The notes under the pieces were generated by a model. The model saw nothing but the letters and a program-made list of their open reading frames with translations, searched no databases and was not told where the DNA came from. Of a stretch of 64,000 nt of DNA, positions 8,948 to 17,019 are shown in pieces. The DNA lies in contig JACRIW010000042.1 in the NCBI GenBank assembly GCA_016215625.1, forward strand, positions 3,463-67,462, in the 5' to 3' direction. The stretch's first letter is position 1, and each line of letters starts with the position of its first letter. The translations under genes were made by a program, and so were the position numbers. The DNA is from Candidatus Eiseniibacteriota bacterium (GTDB taxonomy: Bacteria; Eisenbacteria; RBG-16-71-46).

Positions 8948-9934
8948 ATGTTCGGAGCAGACTCGGTCGCCGTGATGGCGATCGTCGCGCACAGCCTGGC
9001 GGCCGGTCCCGCGAGCATCACTTCTTTCGTCACACCGGCGTTCCTGCGGGCGTTGCCGTGCACCGACGCGTTCGCGGGACAGAACGAGGTGTACGGAGTC
9101 GCCGCGACGTCCGGCGGCGGTGCGTTCGTCAGCGACTACCGCGGCTCACGCGTCCTCCGCTACGACCTGAACGGCAACGTGCTCGCGCAGTGGGGCGCAA
9201 ACGGATCCGGGCCGGGCGAATTCGTCTCGCCGCACGGCATCGCCGTGAGCACGAGCGGCGAAGTGTTCGTCGCCGACACCGACAACAACCGCATCCAGGT
9301 CTTCACCGCTTCGGGCTCGTTCCTCCGTCAGCTCGGCGGCTGGGGACTCGTTCCGGGTGCCTACCGATCCCCGACCTACCTGTGCCTGACGCCAGAAGGC
9401 ACGTTGCTCGTCTCGGATTCGCAGAACCACCGCGTGCAGGAGGTGCAGCTCGACGGCACTCCGATCCGCGCGTGGGGCGGCCCGGGCTCGCTACCGGGCC
9501 AGTTCGCCGGCCCGCGCGGCATTGCGCTCGCGCTGACCGGCGACGTCTACGTGTGCGACGAGGGGAATCGGCGCGTGCAGGTGTTCTCGCGCACCGGTGC
9601 GTTCGTCCGCGCCTGGTCGGTGCAGCGCTTCGGGCTTTCGTTCATGGCCGTCCCGCGTGGCATCCTGATCGACGAGCTCGGATTCGTGCAGGTCGTCGAC
9701 CGCGCCAACCACTGCATCGCCGCCTACTCGCTCGACGGCTCGTTCCTCGGAGCCTGGGGCGACGGCGGCGCGACGCCCGGATCGCTTCAGGGACCGAACG
9801 AGATCAGCACGGATCGTCAGGGCGCCTTCTACGTCGGGCAGGCCGGCTGCGACGTGCAGGTGTTCACCCGCGACGGCGCCACGACGGCACGGCGCACGAC
9901 ATGGGGCGGCACGAAGACGGGATGGGGGCGGTAG
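8948..9934 (+). CDS. NHL-repeat beta-propeller protein
   Basis: Repeated NHL units (GPGEFVSPHGIAVSTSGEVFVADTDNNRIQVF; GQFAGPRGIALALTGDVYVCDEGNRRVQVF, and others). GGGAG lies upstream and the gap to the EEP gene is 33 nt. Ends TTWGGTKTGWGR. Confidence 0.88.
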   Translation: MFGADSVAVMAIVAHSLAAGPASITSFVTPAFLRALPCTDAFAGQNEVYGVAATSGGGAFVSDYRGSRVLRYDLNGNVLAQWGANGSGPGEFVSPHGIAVSTSGEVFVADTDNNRIQVFTASGSFLRQLGGWGLVPGAYRSPTYLCLTPEGTLLVSDSQNHRVQEVQLDGTPIRAWGGPGSLPGQFAGPRGIALALTGDVYVCDEGNRRVQVFSRTGAFVRAWSVQRFGLSFMAVPRGILIDELGFVQVVDRANHCIAAYSLDGSFLGAWGDGGATPGSLQGPNEISTDRQGAFYVGQAGCDVQVFTRDGATTARRTTWGGTKTGWGR

Positions 9935-9945
9935 GCCCCGCCGCC

Positions 9946-11709
9946 TTACGGCGCCGGGACCGGCTCGCCCAGCAGCTTCGCGCGGATGAGCGCGACGGGG
10001 ATCGATCCTTCCGCGAGCACCGCGTCGTGGAACGCGCGCTCGCTGTAGGCCGCGCCCATCTTCCGCTGGTAGTCCCGGCGCAGGTCCATCAGCTGCGACT
10101 TGCCGGTGAAGTACGCGATCAGCTGCGCGGGCCAGTGAATCGACCGCATGACGTCCTCGTCCACCCGGCTCTTGCCGGGCTCGGTGCCGCGCTTCCAGTC
10201 GGCGGCCTGCTGCAACGTCCACTCGCCGCGCTCGATGTTCACGTCGTACACGACGCGGCGGATGCGGCCGCGATACGAGCCGAGCATGCGGTACTGCGCG
10301 AGGGGCGAGTCGCCGTGCCCGCCCGCGGCCCAGAACACTTCCTCGGCGTACAGCGCCCAGCCTTCGACGAGACAGTTGTCCTGCAGGATCCAGCGGATGG
10401 GATTCGGGTTCAGCCGGCAGATGGACAGCTGCAGGTGATGCCCGGGCACGCCCTCGTGCGCGGCGTAGGGCCCCATGCCCGTCTCACGGAAGCCCTGCGC
10501 GACCGCGATGCGGCCGGCCTTCCGCTCGAGCGTCCATGACGTGTCCATGTGCTCGACGTTCCACCAGCCGACGTTGGAGCGGCCGACCGGCGGTGGCGGG
10601 TTCATGCTGCCGCCGTCGCCCGTGAGCGGGATCATGCCGGCGGGCGTCGGGCGCGCGTGAATGGGACCGACGGAGGCCGGCACGGTCACGAGATCGTGCG
10701 TGTCGAGGAACTCGCGCTGCGTTCGCGTGATGTCGTCGTAGATCGCGAGCAGTCTCTGCTGGTCGAGCGTCGAGGCGAGCGCGCGCTGCGCCTCGGTCGG
10801 CACGGGCGCGGGTGGGATCTCGGCGTTCGGGCTGATGCGCGCCTTGATCGCGCCCATCGCCGAATCGGTCCGCGCGAGTTCGGCGTTCGCGCGCGCGAGC
10901 AGCTGGTCGCCGTTCCAGGGAAGCAGCAGTGCGCTCCGAAGGCGTTTCTCGTAGTGTTCGCGCCCGATGACCTCGTAGTCCCTCAGGCCGGTGAGCGCGG
11001 CCGCCTCATTCACGTACGACGTGAGCGCGCCGATGGCCGCGTCGCGAACGGGGCTCGGGGGATCGCTCCTCAGCACCGCGAGGATGCCGTCGGCGACACC
11101 CTTCGCGGTCGTCACGTCGCGCGCGGTGGGCTGCTGCACGACCGTGCGCATCTCGACGACCATGGCCGGGATGCCGCGCGCGAGCTTCAGTCGAATGTCC
11201 GCGCGCTCGGGCGCGTAGGTAATGAGTGCGATGAACGTGTTCGCCAGCGGCTCGAGCCAGGCGACCGGCCGGTGCAGGAACAGCCGTTCGTCCGCGAGCT
11301 GCAGCCGGGCTTCCTCGGCGTTCGCCACGATCCAGCGCCAGTCCACCTGGCGGTCCACGGGCCACGAGCGCCAGGGCATGGCGCGCAGCGCCTCGAGGTC
11401 ACGGTCGAGCCGGGCGATGCGTGCGGCGACGGTGTCGGGCGCGAATGACGGAATGCGCGCGCCGTCGTCGAACAGTCCGTTGTTGGCCGCGCCGCTCGGA
11501 TCGATCGCGAACCGCTGCGCGATCACGTCCTTCGCGACCGCCACGAACGCCGGCGTGCCGGGGAAACGCAGGCTCGCGAGCGTGGCTCCGGGCGAGTAGG
11601 CGGTCGTCGGCGACGCCGCGCGCTTCGCGCGCGGCGAAGCGGCTTCGGACGGGAGCGAGGCGACTGCGGCGAGGAGGGCCGCGGCGAGGAACAGCGATCG
11701 TGGAGTCAT
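9946..11709 (-). CDS. DUF885 family protein (secreted, metallopeptidase-like fold)
   Basis: 587-aa ORF with signal peptide MTPRSLFLAAALLAAVASLPSEA. The HEGVPGHHLQ motif and overall length match my recollection of DUF885. Confidence 0.88.
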   Translation of the reverse strand: MTPRSLFLAAALLAAVASLPSEAASPRAKRAASPTTAYSPGATLASLRFPGTPAFVAVAKDVIAQRFAIDPSGAANNGLFDDGARIPSFAPDTVAARIARLDRDLEALRAMPWRSWPVDRQVDWRWIVANAEEARLQLADERLFLHRPVAWLEPLANTFIALITYAPERADIRLKLARGIPAMVVEMRTVVQQPTARDVTTAKGVADGILAVLRSDPPSPVRDAAIGALTSYVNEAAALTGLRDYEVIGREHYEKRLRSALLLPWNGDQLLARANAELARTDSAMGAIKARISPNAEIPPAPVPTEAQRALASTLDQQRLLAIYDDITRTQREFLDTHDLVTVPASVGPIHARPTPAGMIPLTGDGGSMNPPPPVGRSNVGWWNVEHMDTSWTLERKAGRIAVAQGFRETGMGPYAAHEGVPGHHLQLSICRLNPNPIRWILQDNCLVEGWALYAEEVFWAAGGHGDSPLAQYRMLGSYRGRIRRVVYDVNIERGEWTLQQAADWKRGTEPGKSRVDEDVMRSIHWPAQLIAYFTGKSQLMDLRRDYQRKMGAAYSERAFHDAVLAEGSIPVALIRAKLLGEPVPAP

Positions 11710-11716
11710 GGCGAGA

Positions 11717-11722
11717 AATCTA
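11717..11722 (-). promoter_or_regulatory. Predicted -10 hexamer TAGATT 7 nt upstream of the DUF885 ATG (leaderless-type)
   Basis: The minus strand reads gacTAGATTtctcgccATG, with no SD. Confidence 0.3.
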
Positions 11723-11841
11723 GTCAGTCACGGAAGCGAGAGCCAACAGGATCGTTGTCGGGCCGGAGGACAGGCTCGAGGCGGACTCCGAGGCCCGACG
11801 ACACCCCCGAAGCCCGCCCGGCCGTAGGCCCGAGAGGTGCC

Positions 11842-12396
11842 CTACGCCTGTCGCATCCGCGCGCTCGCCGCTTCCCCTTCGTCCTTCTTCTTCCGGCTCA
11901 GCAGTCCCGCCGAGACCAGCGCCATGATCAGCGCCACGGGCAGCGGCTCCATGAACGTCATCGCCGAGTTGATCACCGGGTTGTGGTACATGGCCGCCAT
12001 CTTGTCCATCTCGGCCTTCTTGGCCGCCAGTTCCGCCTCGCTCGCCCCGGCCTTGCGGGCCTTCTCGAGCATGTGCGCCTCGTACTTCTCGATGTAGTCG
12101 CTCTTGGTCCCGAAGTAGATCGCCTCCCAGGTCGCCACGTAGCAGCAGGACGCCACGAAGGCGATCAGCAGGCCGACCCCGAGCGCCTTGCCGAAACCCA
12201 CGCGGGCGCCGGGGAGGGTCTCGCGGTAGGAGCGGACGCCGAAGTAGATGAGCAGGAAGGCCAGCACCATCGAGGTGTAGCCGACCACCATCCCGTTCTC
12301 GAAGCCGATGGCGTCGTGGAACTGGAGCGAGACGAGGAACGTGGCCGCGAGGATGCCGCCCGAGATGAGGCCGTAGGTCAGGACGATCTTGCGCAT
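11842..12396 (-). CDS. DUF4199-like integral membrane protein
   Basis: 184 aa with 4 hydrophobic segments. YFGVRSYRE and the central amphipathic insert match my memory of DUF4199. AGGAG SD upstream. Confidence 0.8.
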   Translation of the reverse strand: MRKIVLTYGLISGGILAATFLVSLQFHDAIGFENGMVVGYTSMVLAFLLIYFGVRSYRETLPGARVGFGKALGVGLLIAFVASCCYVATWEAIYFGTKSDYIEKYEAHMLEKARKAGASEAELAAKKAEMDKMAAMYHNPVINSAMTFMEPLPVALIMALVSAGLLSRKKKDEGEAASARMRQA

Positions 12397-12516
12397 GGGA
12401 ATCTCCTGTCGAGGGGTGGATGAAGCGGTGGAAGGGCGGCAGTGTCGGTGAAAGGCAGCCGCCTCAGCGTCATCCGAACGGGTGATTCTCGCGTCGAATC
12501 TGTCGGAATCACCCTT

Positions 12517-13056
12517 TCAGGCGATGATTCCCGCTTCCTTGGCCAGCTGGACCGCCTGCGTGCGCCGCTTCGCGCCCAGTTTGGCGAACACCCGGACCGC
12601 GTGCGTCTTGACGGTGTTCTCGCTCACGAACAACTGGTCGGCGATCTCCTTGTTGCTCAGGCCCGCGGCGACGGCCTCCAGGATCTCGAGCTCGCGCGGC
12701 GTGATCTGCAGCTCGCGCAGCCGCGCCTCGTTCCGCTCGAACGGCGAGCCTGCCGGGACCGGAACACGGACCTCGTAGGGGACGGGGACCTCCACCGGCA
12801 CCTCGACCCGCACCGGCACCTCGCGCACGACGAGCGTCTCGCGGGTGCGGGTGAGCTTGCGCCCCAGCCAGATCCCGACCACCGCGAACAGCGCCGCGAC
12901 GATGCCCCCGTAGACTTCGAGCGAGTGCTCGAGCACGAGCCAGCGGTACTCGACCAGCCGGAGCGCCGTGATGAGCGCGCCGCCGATCAGCCCGTACAGG
13001 AGGATGGTTCTCTTCACGTGCGGCTCTCGCGGGTGGTCCCGGAACGCGGTGGACAT
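12517..13056 (-). CDS. Membrane-anchored LuxR/FixJ-type HTH transcriptional regulator
   Basis: Start at ATG 13056 (MSTAFRD...). Two TM helices (ILLYGLIGGALITALRLV, VYGGIVAALFAVVGIWLG), a VP-rich linker, and C-terminal LuxR HTH ITPRELEILEAVAAGLSNKEIADQLFVSENTVKTHAVRVFAKLG. Confidence 0.88.
   Translation of the reverse strand: MSTAFRDHPREPHVKRTILLYGLIGGALITALRLVEYRWLVLEHSLEVYGGIVAALFAVVGIWLGRKLTRTRETLVVREVPVRVEVPVEVPVPYEVRVPVPAGSPFERNEARLRELQITPRELEILEAVAAGLSNKEIADQLFVSENTVKTHAVRVFAKLGAKRRTQAVQLAKEAGIIA
12754..12825 (-). repeat. Coding low-complexity repeat (REVPVRVEVPVEVPVPYEVRVPVP) in the LuxR linker
   Basis: Read directly from the translation. The DNA shows reiterated caccggcacctcg units. 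Confidence 0.85.
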
Positions 13057-13239
13057 GGGCGTGGAAGATAACCTCGCCCAACGCCGAATCTCCACGACCG
13101 TGTGCGTGCCCACCGAGCGCGGGCCTCTTCGAATCGGCGCGCAATGCGAGCCCCCTCGCAACACCACTATTCCTTCGCGTTCACGCATGCCCGGCACGTA
13201 CGATTGCCTTCCATCCTGTCGCATCACCACCGGACCACC

Positions 13240-14181
13240 ATGGAGCCGCCCATGACCCGCCGCGCCCTGTTCGCCTTCGCGCTCGCCGCCTCGTTCTGCA
13301 CCCTCGCGGCACCGCCGCGCGCATGGGCGATCTTGGACGAAGTCCACACCTACGCCACCATCACGGGCGCAGCACTTTACGGCGTCGCCTTCGACGACTA
13401 CGGGAACCTCTTCGTTGCCGGGTCACTCGCAGGAGCGGGCAAGGTGTGGAAGGTGGGACCGGGCGGCTCGCCCGTCACCGAGTTCGCCACAGGCTTCGTG
13501 GACCCCCGCGGCCTCGCGTTCGACACGGCAGGGAACCTGTTCGTGAGCGACTACCAGGGGAACAAGATCTACAAGGTCTCTCCGGCGCAGGTGAAGACGA
13601 CGTTCGTCGCCAGCATCACGTCGCCGGCGTTCCTCGAGTTCGGCCCGGGCGGCAACCTGTTCGTCGCCGAGTGGGGACAGCTGCGCGTTCAGGTCGTCTC
13701 GCCCGCAGGAGTGGTCTCGAACTACGCGACGGCCGTCGGCGCGCTCGGTGAGGAAGTGAGCGGCATGGTGTACGACCCCGCGAGCGGCGACCTCTACGTG
13801 GGCGCCGGCCCGAACCTCAAGCGCATCGGCGCGGGAGGATCACCGGTGAACGTCTTCGCCACGGGCCTCATCGGCATCTTCGGACTCGCGCGCGATGCGG
13901 CCGGAACGTTCTACGCGAGCCGGTACAGCCATCGGGACGTGTACGAGATCTCGACGGCGGGGGCGCCGAGCCCTTACGCCGGCGTGCATCTCGCCTCGGG
14001 TTGTCTCGACGGCCCGCGGCTGTCCGCCAAGTTCATCTACACCGCGGGCGTCACGGTCCATCAGGGCACGCTCTACATCGCCGACCAGAGCTGCCACACG
14101 ATCCGCGCGATCGACATCGCGGGCGCGCCGACGCCCGCGGTCACGAGCACGTGGGGACGCGTGAAGACGATGTACCGGTAG
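13240..14181 (+). CDS. Secreted NHL/SMP-30-like six-blade beta-propeller protein ending in STWGRVKTMYR
   Basis: ATG at 13240 (or 13252) gives signal peptide MTRRALFAFALAASFCTLAAPPRAWA. Repeated units PRGLAFDTAGNLFVSDYQGNKIYKV, PAFLEFGPGGNLFVAEWG. The C-terminal tail matches that of the gene at 2112-2732. Confidence 0.85.
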   Translation: MEPPMTRRALFAFALAASFCTLAAPPRAWAILDEVHTYATITGAALYGVAFDDYGNLFVAGSLAGAGKVWKVGPGGSPVTEFATGFVDPRGLAFDTAGNLFVSDYQGNKIYKVSPAQVKTTFVASITSPAFLEFGPGGNLFVAEWGQLRVQVVSPAGVVSNYATAVGALGEEVSGMVYDPASGDLYVGAGPNLKRIGAGGSPVNVFATGLIGIFGLARDAAGTFYASRYSHRDVYEISTAGAPSPYAGVHLASGCLDGPRLSAKFIYTAGVTVHQGTLYIADQSCHTIRAIDIAGAPTPAVTSTWGRVKTMYR

Positions 14182-14360
14182 TCGAGACCGAAAAGCAGGG
14201 AAGGCGTTCCTCCGGGAGCACTCCGGAGCGTGCGAGCAGGGTCACGGAAGCGGTACCAGCTGCCGAATCCGGGCGTTCCCGCCCCACGGTGCTGTGCTAC
14301 GTTGCCGCGACTTTTCGCCTCGTGCTCGACCCATCCATCCCGGTGCAAGGAGGCATCCGC

Positions 14361-17015
14361 ATGGCGCTGGCCGCCGGCGACAGGCTCGGTCTCTACGAAA
14401 TCGTCGCGCCGCTGGGCGCGGGCGGCATGGGCGAGGTGTACCGAGCCCGTGACACGCGGCTGGATCGCGTCGTCGCGATCAAGGTGCTGCCTGAGGCGTT
14501 CGCCGAGGATCCCGAGCGTCTCGCGCGGTTCGAGCGTGAAGCGCGACTGCTCGCCTCGCTCAACCATCCGAACATCGCCGCGCTGCACGGGCTCGAGAGC
14601 GAAGGCGGACGGCGCTACATCGCGATGGAATTCGTGGACGGCCTCTCGCTCGCGCAGCGGCTCGCCTCCGGCGCACTGCCGATCGAAGACGCGCTCGACG
14701 TCGCGCGCCAGGTGGCGACGGCCTTGGAGGCCGCGCACGAAGGCGGCATCGTCCATCGCGACCTCAAGCCCGGCAACGTCATGCTGCGCCCCGACGGAAC
14801 GGTGAAGGTGCTCGACTTCGGTCTCGCCAAGGGCGCGGCGGGCTCGGCGAGCGATTCGAGCCTGTCCATGTCGCCCACGCGCACGAATGCGATGACGGGC
14901 GACGGCATGATCCTCGGCACCGCCGCGTACATGAGCCCGGAACAAGCGCGCGGCAAGCCGGTGGACCGCCGCGCCGACATCTGGTCCTTCGGCTGCGTGC
15001 TGTTCGAGTGCCTCACGGGCCGACAGGCGTTCGAAGGGGAGACGGTCTCCGATCTCATCGCGTCCATCCTGAAGGGCACGATCGAATGGGACGCGCTCCC
15101 GGCGGCGACGCCGCCGCGCGTCCGCACGCTGCTTGAGCGCTGCCTCGAGCGCGACGCGCGCCAGCGCCTGCGCGACATCGGCGAGGCGAGGCTCGTGCTC
15201 GAGCAGCCGGGCAGTGCGGAAGCACCCGCCGCGGCGCCGGCCGTTCCCGCGCGTGCGCCGCTGCCGATCGCGGCGCTCGTCGGCGGCGCGCTGTTGCTTG
15301 CGGCGATCGCCAGCTTCGCCGCCTGGACGCTCAAGCCCGCGCCACGCGTCGCGACCACGTGGGCTGAACTCATGCCTCCGGCAGGCGGGCGCTGGGAGTG
15401 GACCGTCGGCGGCGATGGTGCGGTGTCGCCCGATGGCCGCTGGTTCATCTCGAGCGCCACCGATTCGCTCAAAGTGCGGCGGCTCGTGCTGCGCGACATC
15501 GAAACGGGAGGCGTGCGTCCGCTCGGGGGCACCGAGGAAGGGAGCTATCCCTTCTGGTCGCCCGACGGCAAGTCCATCGGCTTCTTCATGCCCGGACGGT
15601 TGCAGCGTCTGGAGCTCGACGGCGGCTCGATCACGACGATCGCTCCGGCGCCCGACGGCCGTGGGGGCGCGTGGAACACGGCCGGACAGATCGTATTCTC
15701 GCCGAGCGCACGCGCCGGCCTGCGCGTGGTCTCCGCATCGGGCGGGGAAGTGCGCACGCTCGTGCCCGATTCCCTGCACTGCAACTATCGATTTCCGCAC
15801 TTCCTTCCCGACGGCCGGCACTTCCTCGTCGGCCGAATGGAGGCGGGAGCCCCTCACAGCCTTCTCGTGATGTCGCTCGAGGGCGGCGCGCCCCGCTCGC
15901 TCGGGCTGCCCGCCTCGACTTTCGCGAACGCCTACTTCGCCCGCGGCCTGCTGTTCTACAACCACGACTACATCCTGCGGGCGCGACCGTTCGATCCCGC
16001 GCGACTCGAGTTCACGGGCGAGGCGATGACGGTGACCACGCCGGTGACGGGCTTGATCAATCGCGGGCACTCCGATTTTTCCGTCGGCGGTGACGGAACG
16101 ATCGTGTTCCGCTCGCAGCTCGTCCGCCAGAACGACCAGATCGTCGTACGCGACCGCGAGGGTCGCATGCTGCGCACGATCCCGACGCGCGGCGAGCTCC
16201 AGGACCTCAACCTGTCCCCGGACGGCTCGCGCCTGGCGACGGCGTTGAAGCTCGAGAACGCCTCGTGGCCGGACGTGTGGTTGTTCGACACGCGCCAGAC
16301 CGCGGAATCCCGCCTGACCTTCAATCAGGCCAGCGACGATGCGGTCTTCTCGCCGGACGGCTCGCGGATCGCGTTCCAGGCGGACAGTGGCGTGTGGACG
16401 CGCGCCACCGACGGCAGCGGCGCGCCCGAGCGCGTGCTCACCAGCCTCGTCGACGCCTCACCGACGCAGTGGGTGGATGCGAACACGTTGCTGCTCACGA
16501 GCCCCACGGACAAACCCGGTACCCGCGCGGACGTCATCATCTCGCTCGACCTGCCCACCGCGAAGACGCGCGGCCTCATCGAAGGCGAACTCTTCGTTCG
16601 CGACGCGCAGGTCTCGCCGGACGGCCGTTGGATCGCGTACGTGACGGCGTCGGGAAGTCTCGCCCAGGTGTTCGTCATGGATTACCCCGGGCTCAGGAGC
16701 CGCTGGCAGGTCTCGCAGGATGGTGGGACCGCACCGCGCTGGCGCCGTGACGGCCGCGAGCTCCTGTTCCTCGATCTCGACGACCAGCTGCTGTCGGCCG
16801 CCGTGTCCGCGTCCGGCGCCTCGCTCACGTTCGGTGCACCCGTCGTGCTCTTCCAGCACCGGATGGGCGGGCACGTCCGCAACCGTATCCATTCGTGGGC
16901 CGTGGATGCCGGCGCGCAGCGCTTCTACATGCTCGAACCCAGCGTCCCCGAGGAACCTCGCGCCGCGCTCACGCTCGTGCGCGGCTGGCAGCCGCCGCGA
17001 GCCGGAAGGAAGTGA
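14361..17015 (+). CDS. Receptor Ser/Thr kinase: Hanks kinase - TM - PD40/TolB-like beta-propeller (K2)
   Basis: AAGGAGG SD. Starts MALAAGDRLGLYEIVAPLGAGGMGEVYRARD. Motifs VAIKVL, HRDLKPGNV, DFGLA. TM segment LPIAALVGGALLLAAIASFAAW. PD40 motifs FWSPDGKSIGF, HFLPDGRHFL, NLSPDGSRLA, VFSPDGSRIAF, QVSPDGRWIAY. Confidence 0.93.
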   Translation: MALAAGDRLGLYEIVAPLGAGGMGEVYRARDTRLDRVVAIKVLPEAFAEDPERLARFEREARLLASLNHPNIAALHGLESEGGRRYIAMEFVDGLSLAQRLASGALPIEDALDVARQVATALEAAHEGGIVHRDLKPGNVMLRPDGTVKVLDFGLAKGAAGSASDSSLSMSPTRTNAMTGDGMILGTAAYMSPEQARGKPVDRRADIWSFGCVLFECLTGRQAFEGETVSDLIASILKGTIEWDALPAATPPRVRTLLERCLERDARQRLRDIGEARLVLEQPGSAEAPAAAPAVPARAPLPIAALVGGALLLAAIASFAAWTLKPAPRVATTWAELMPPAGGRWEWTVGGDGAVSPDGRWFISSATDSLKVRRLVLRDIETGGVRPLGGTEEGSYPFWSPDGKSIGFFMPGRLQRLELDGGSITTIAPAPDGRGGAWNTAGQIVFSPSARAGLRVVSASGGEVRTLVPDSLHCNYRFPHFLPDGRHFLVGRMEAGAPHSLLVMSLEGGAPRSLGLPASTFANAYFARGLLFYNHDYILRARPFDPARLEFTGEAMTVTTPVTGLINRGHSDFSVGGDGTIVFRSQLVRQNDQIVVRDREGRMLRTIPTRGELQDLNLSPDGSRLATALKLENASWPDVWLFDTRQTAESRLTFNQASDDAVFSPDGSRIAFQADSGVWTRATDGSGAPERVLTSLVDASPTQWVDANTLLLTSPTDKPGTRADVIISLDLPTAKTRGLIEGELFVRDAQVSPDGRWIAYVTASGSLAQVFVMDYPGLRSRWQVSQDGGTAPRWRRDGRELLFLDLDDQLLSAAVSASGASLTFGAPVVLFQHRMGGHVRNRIHSWAVDAGAQRFYMLEPSVPEEPRAALTLVRGWQPPRAGRK

Positions 17016-17019
17016 CGCG

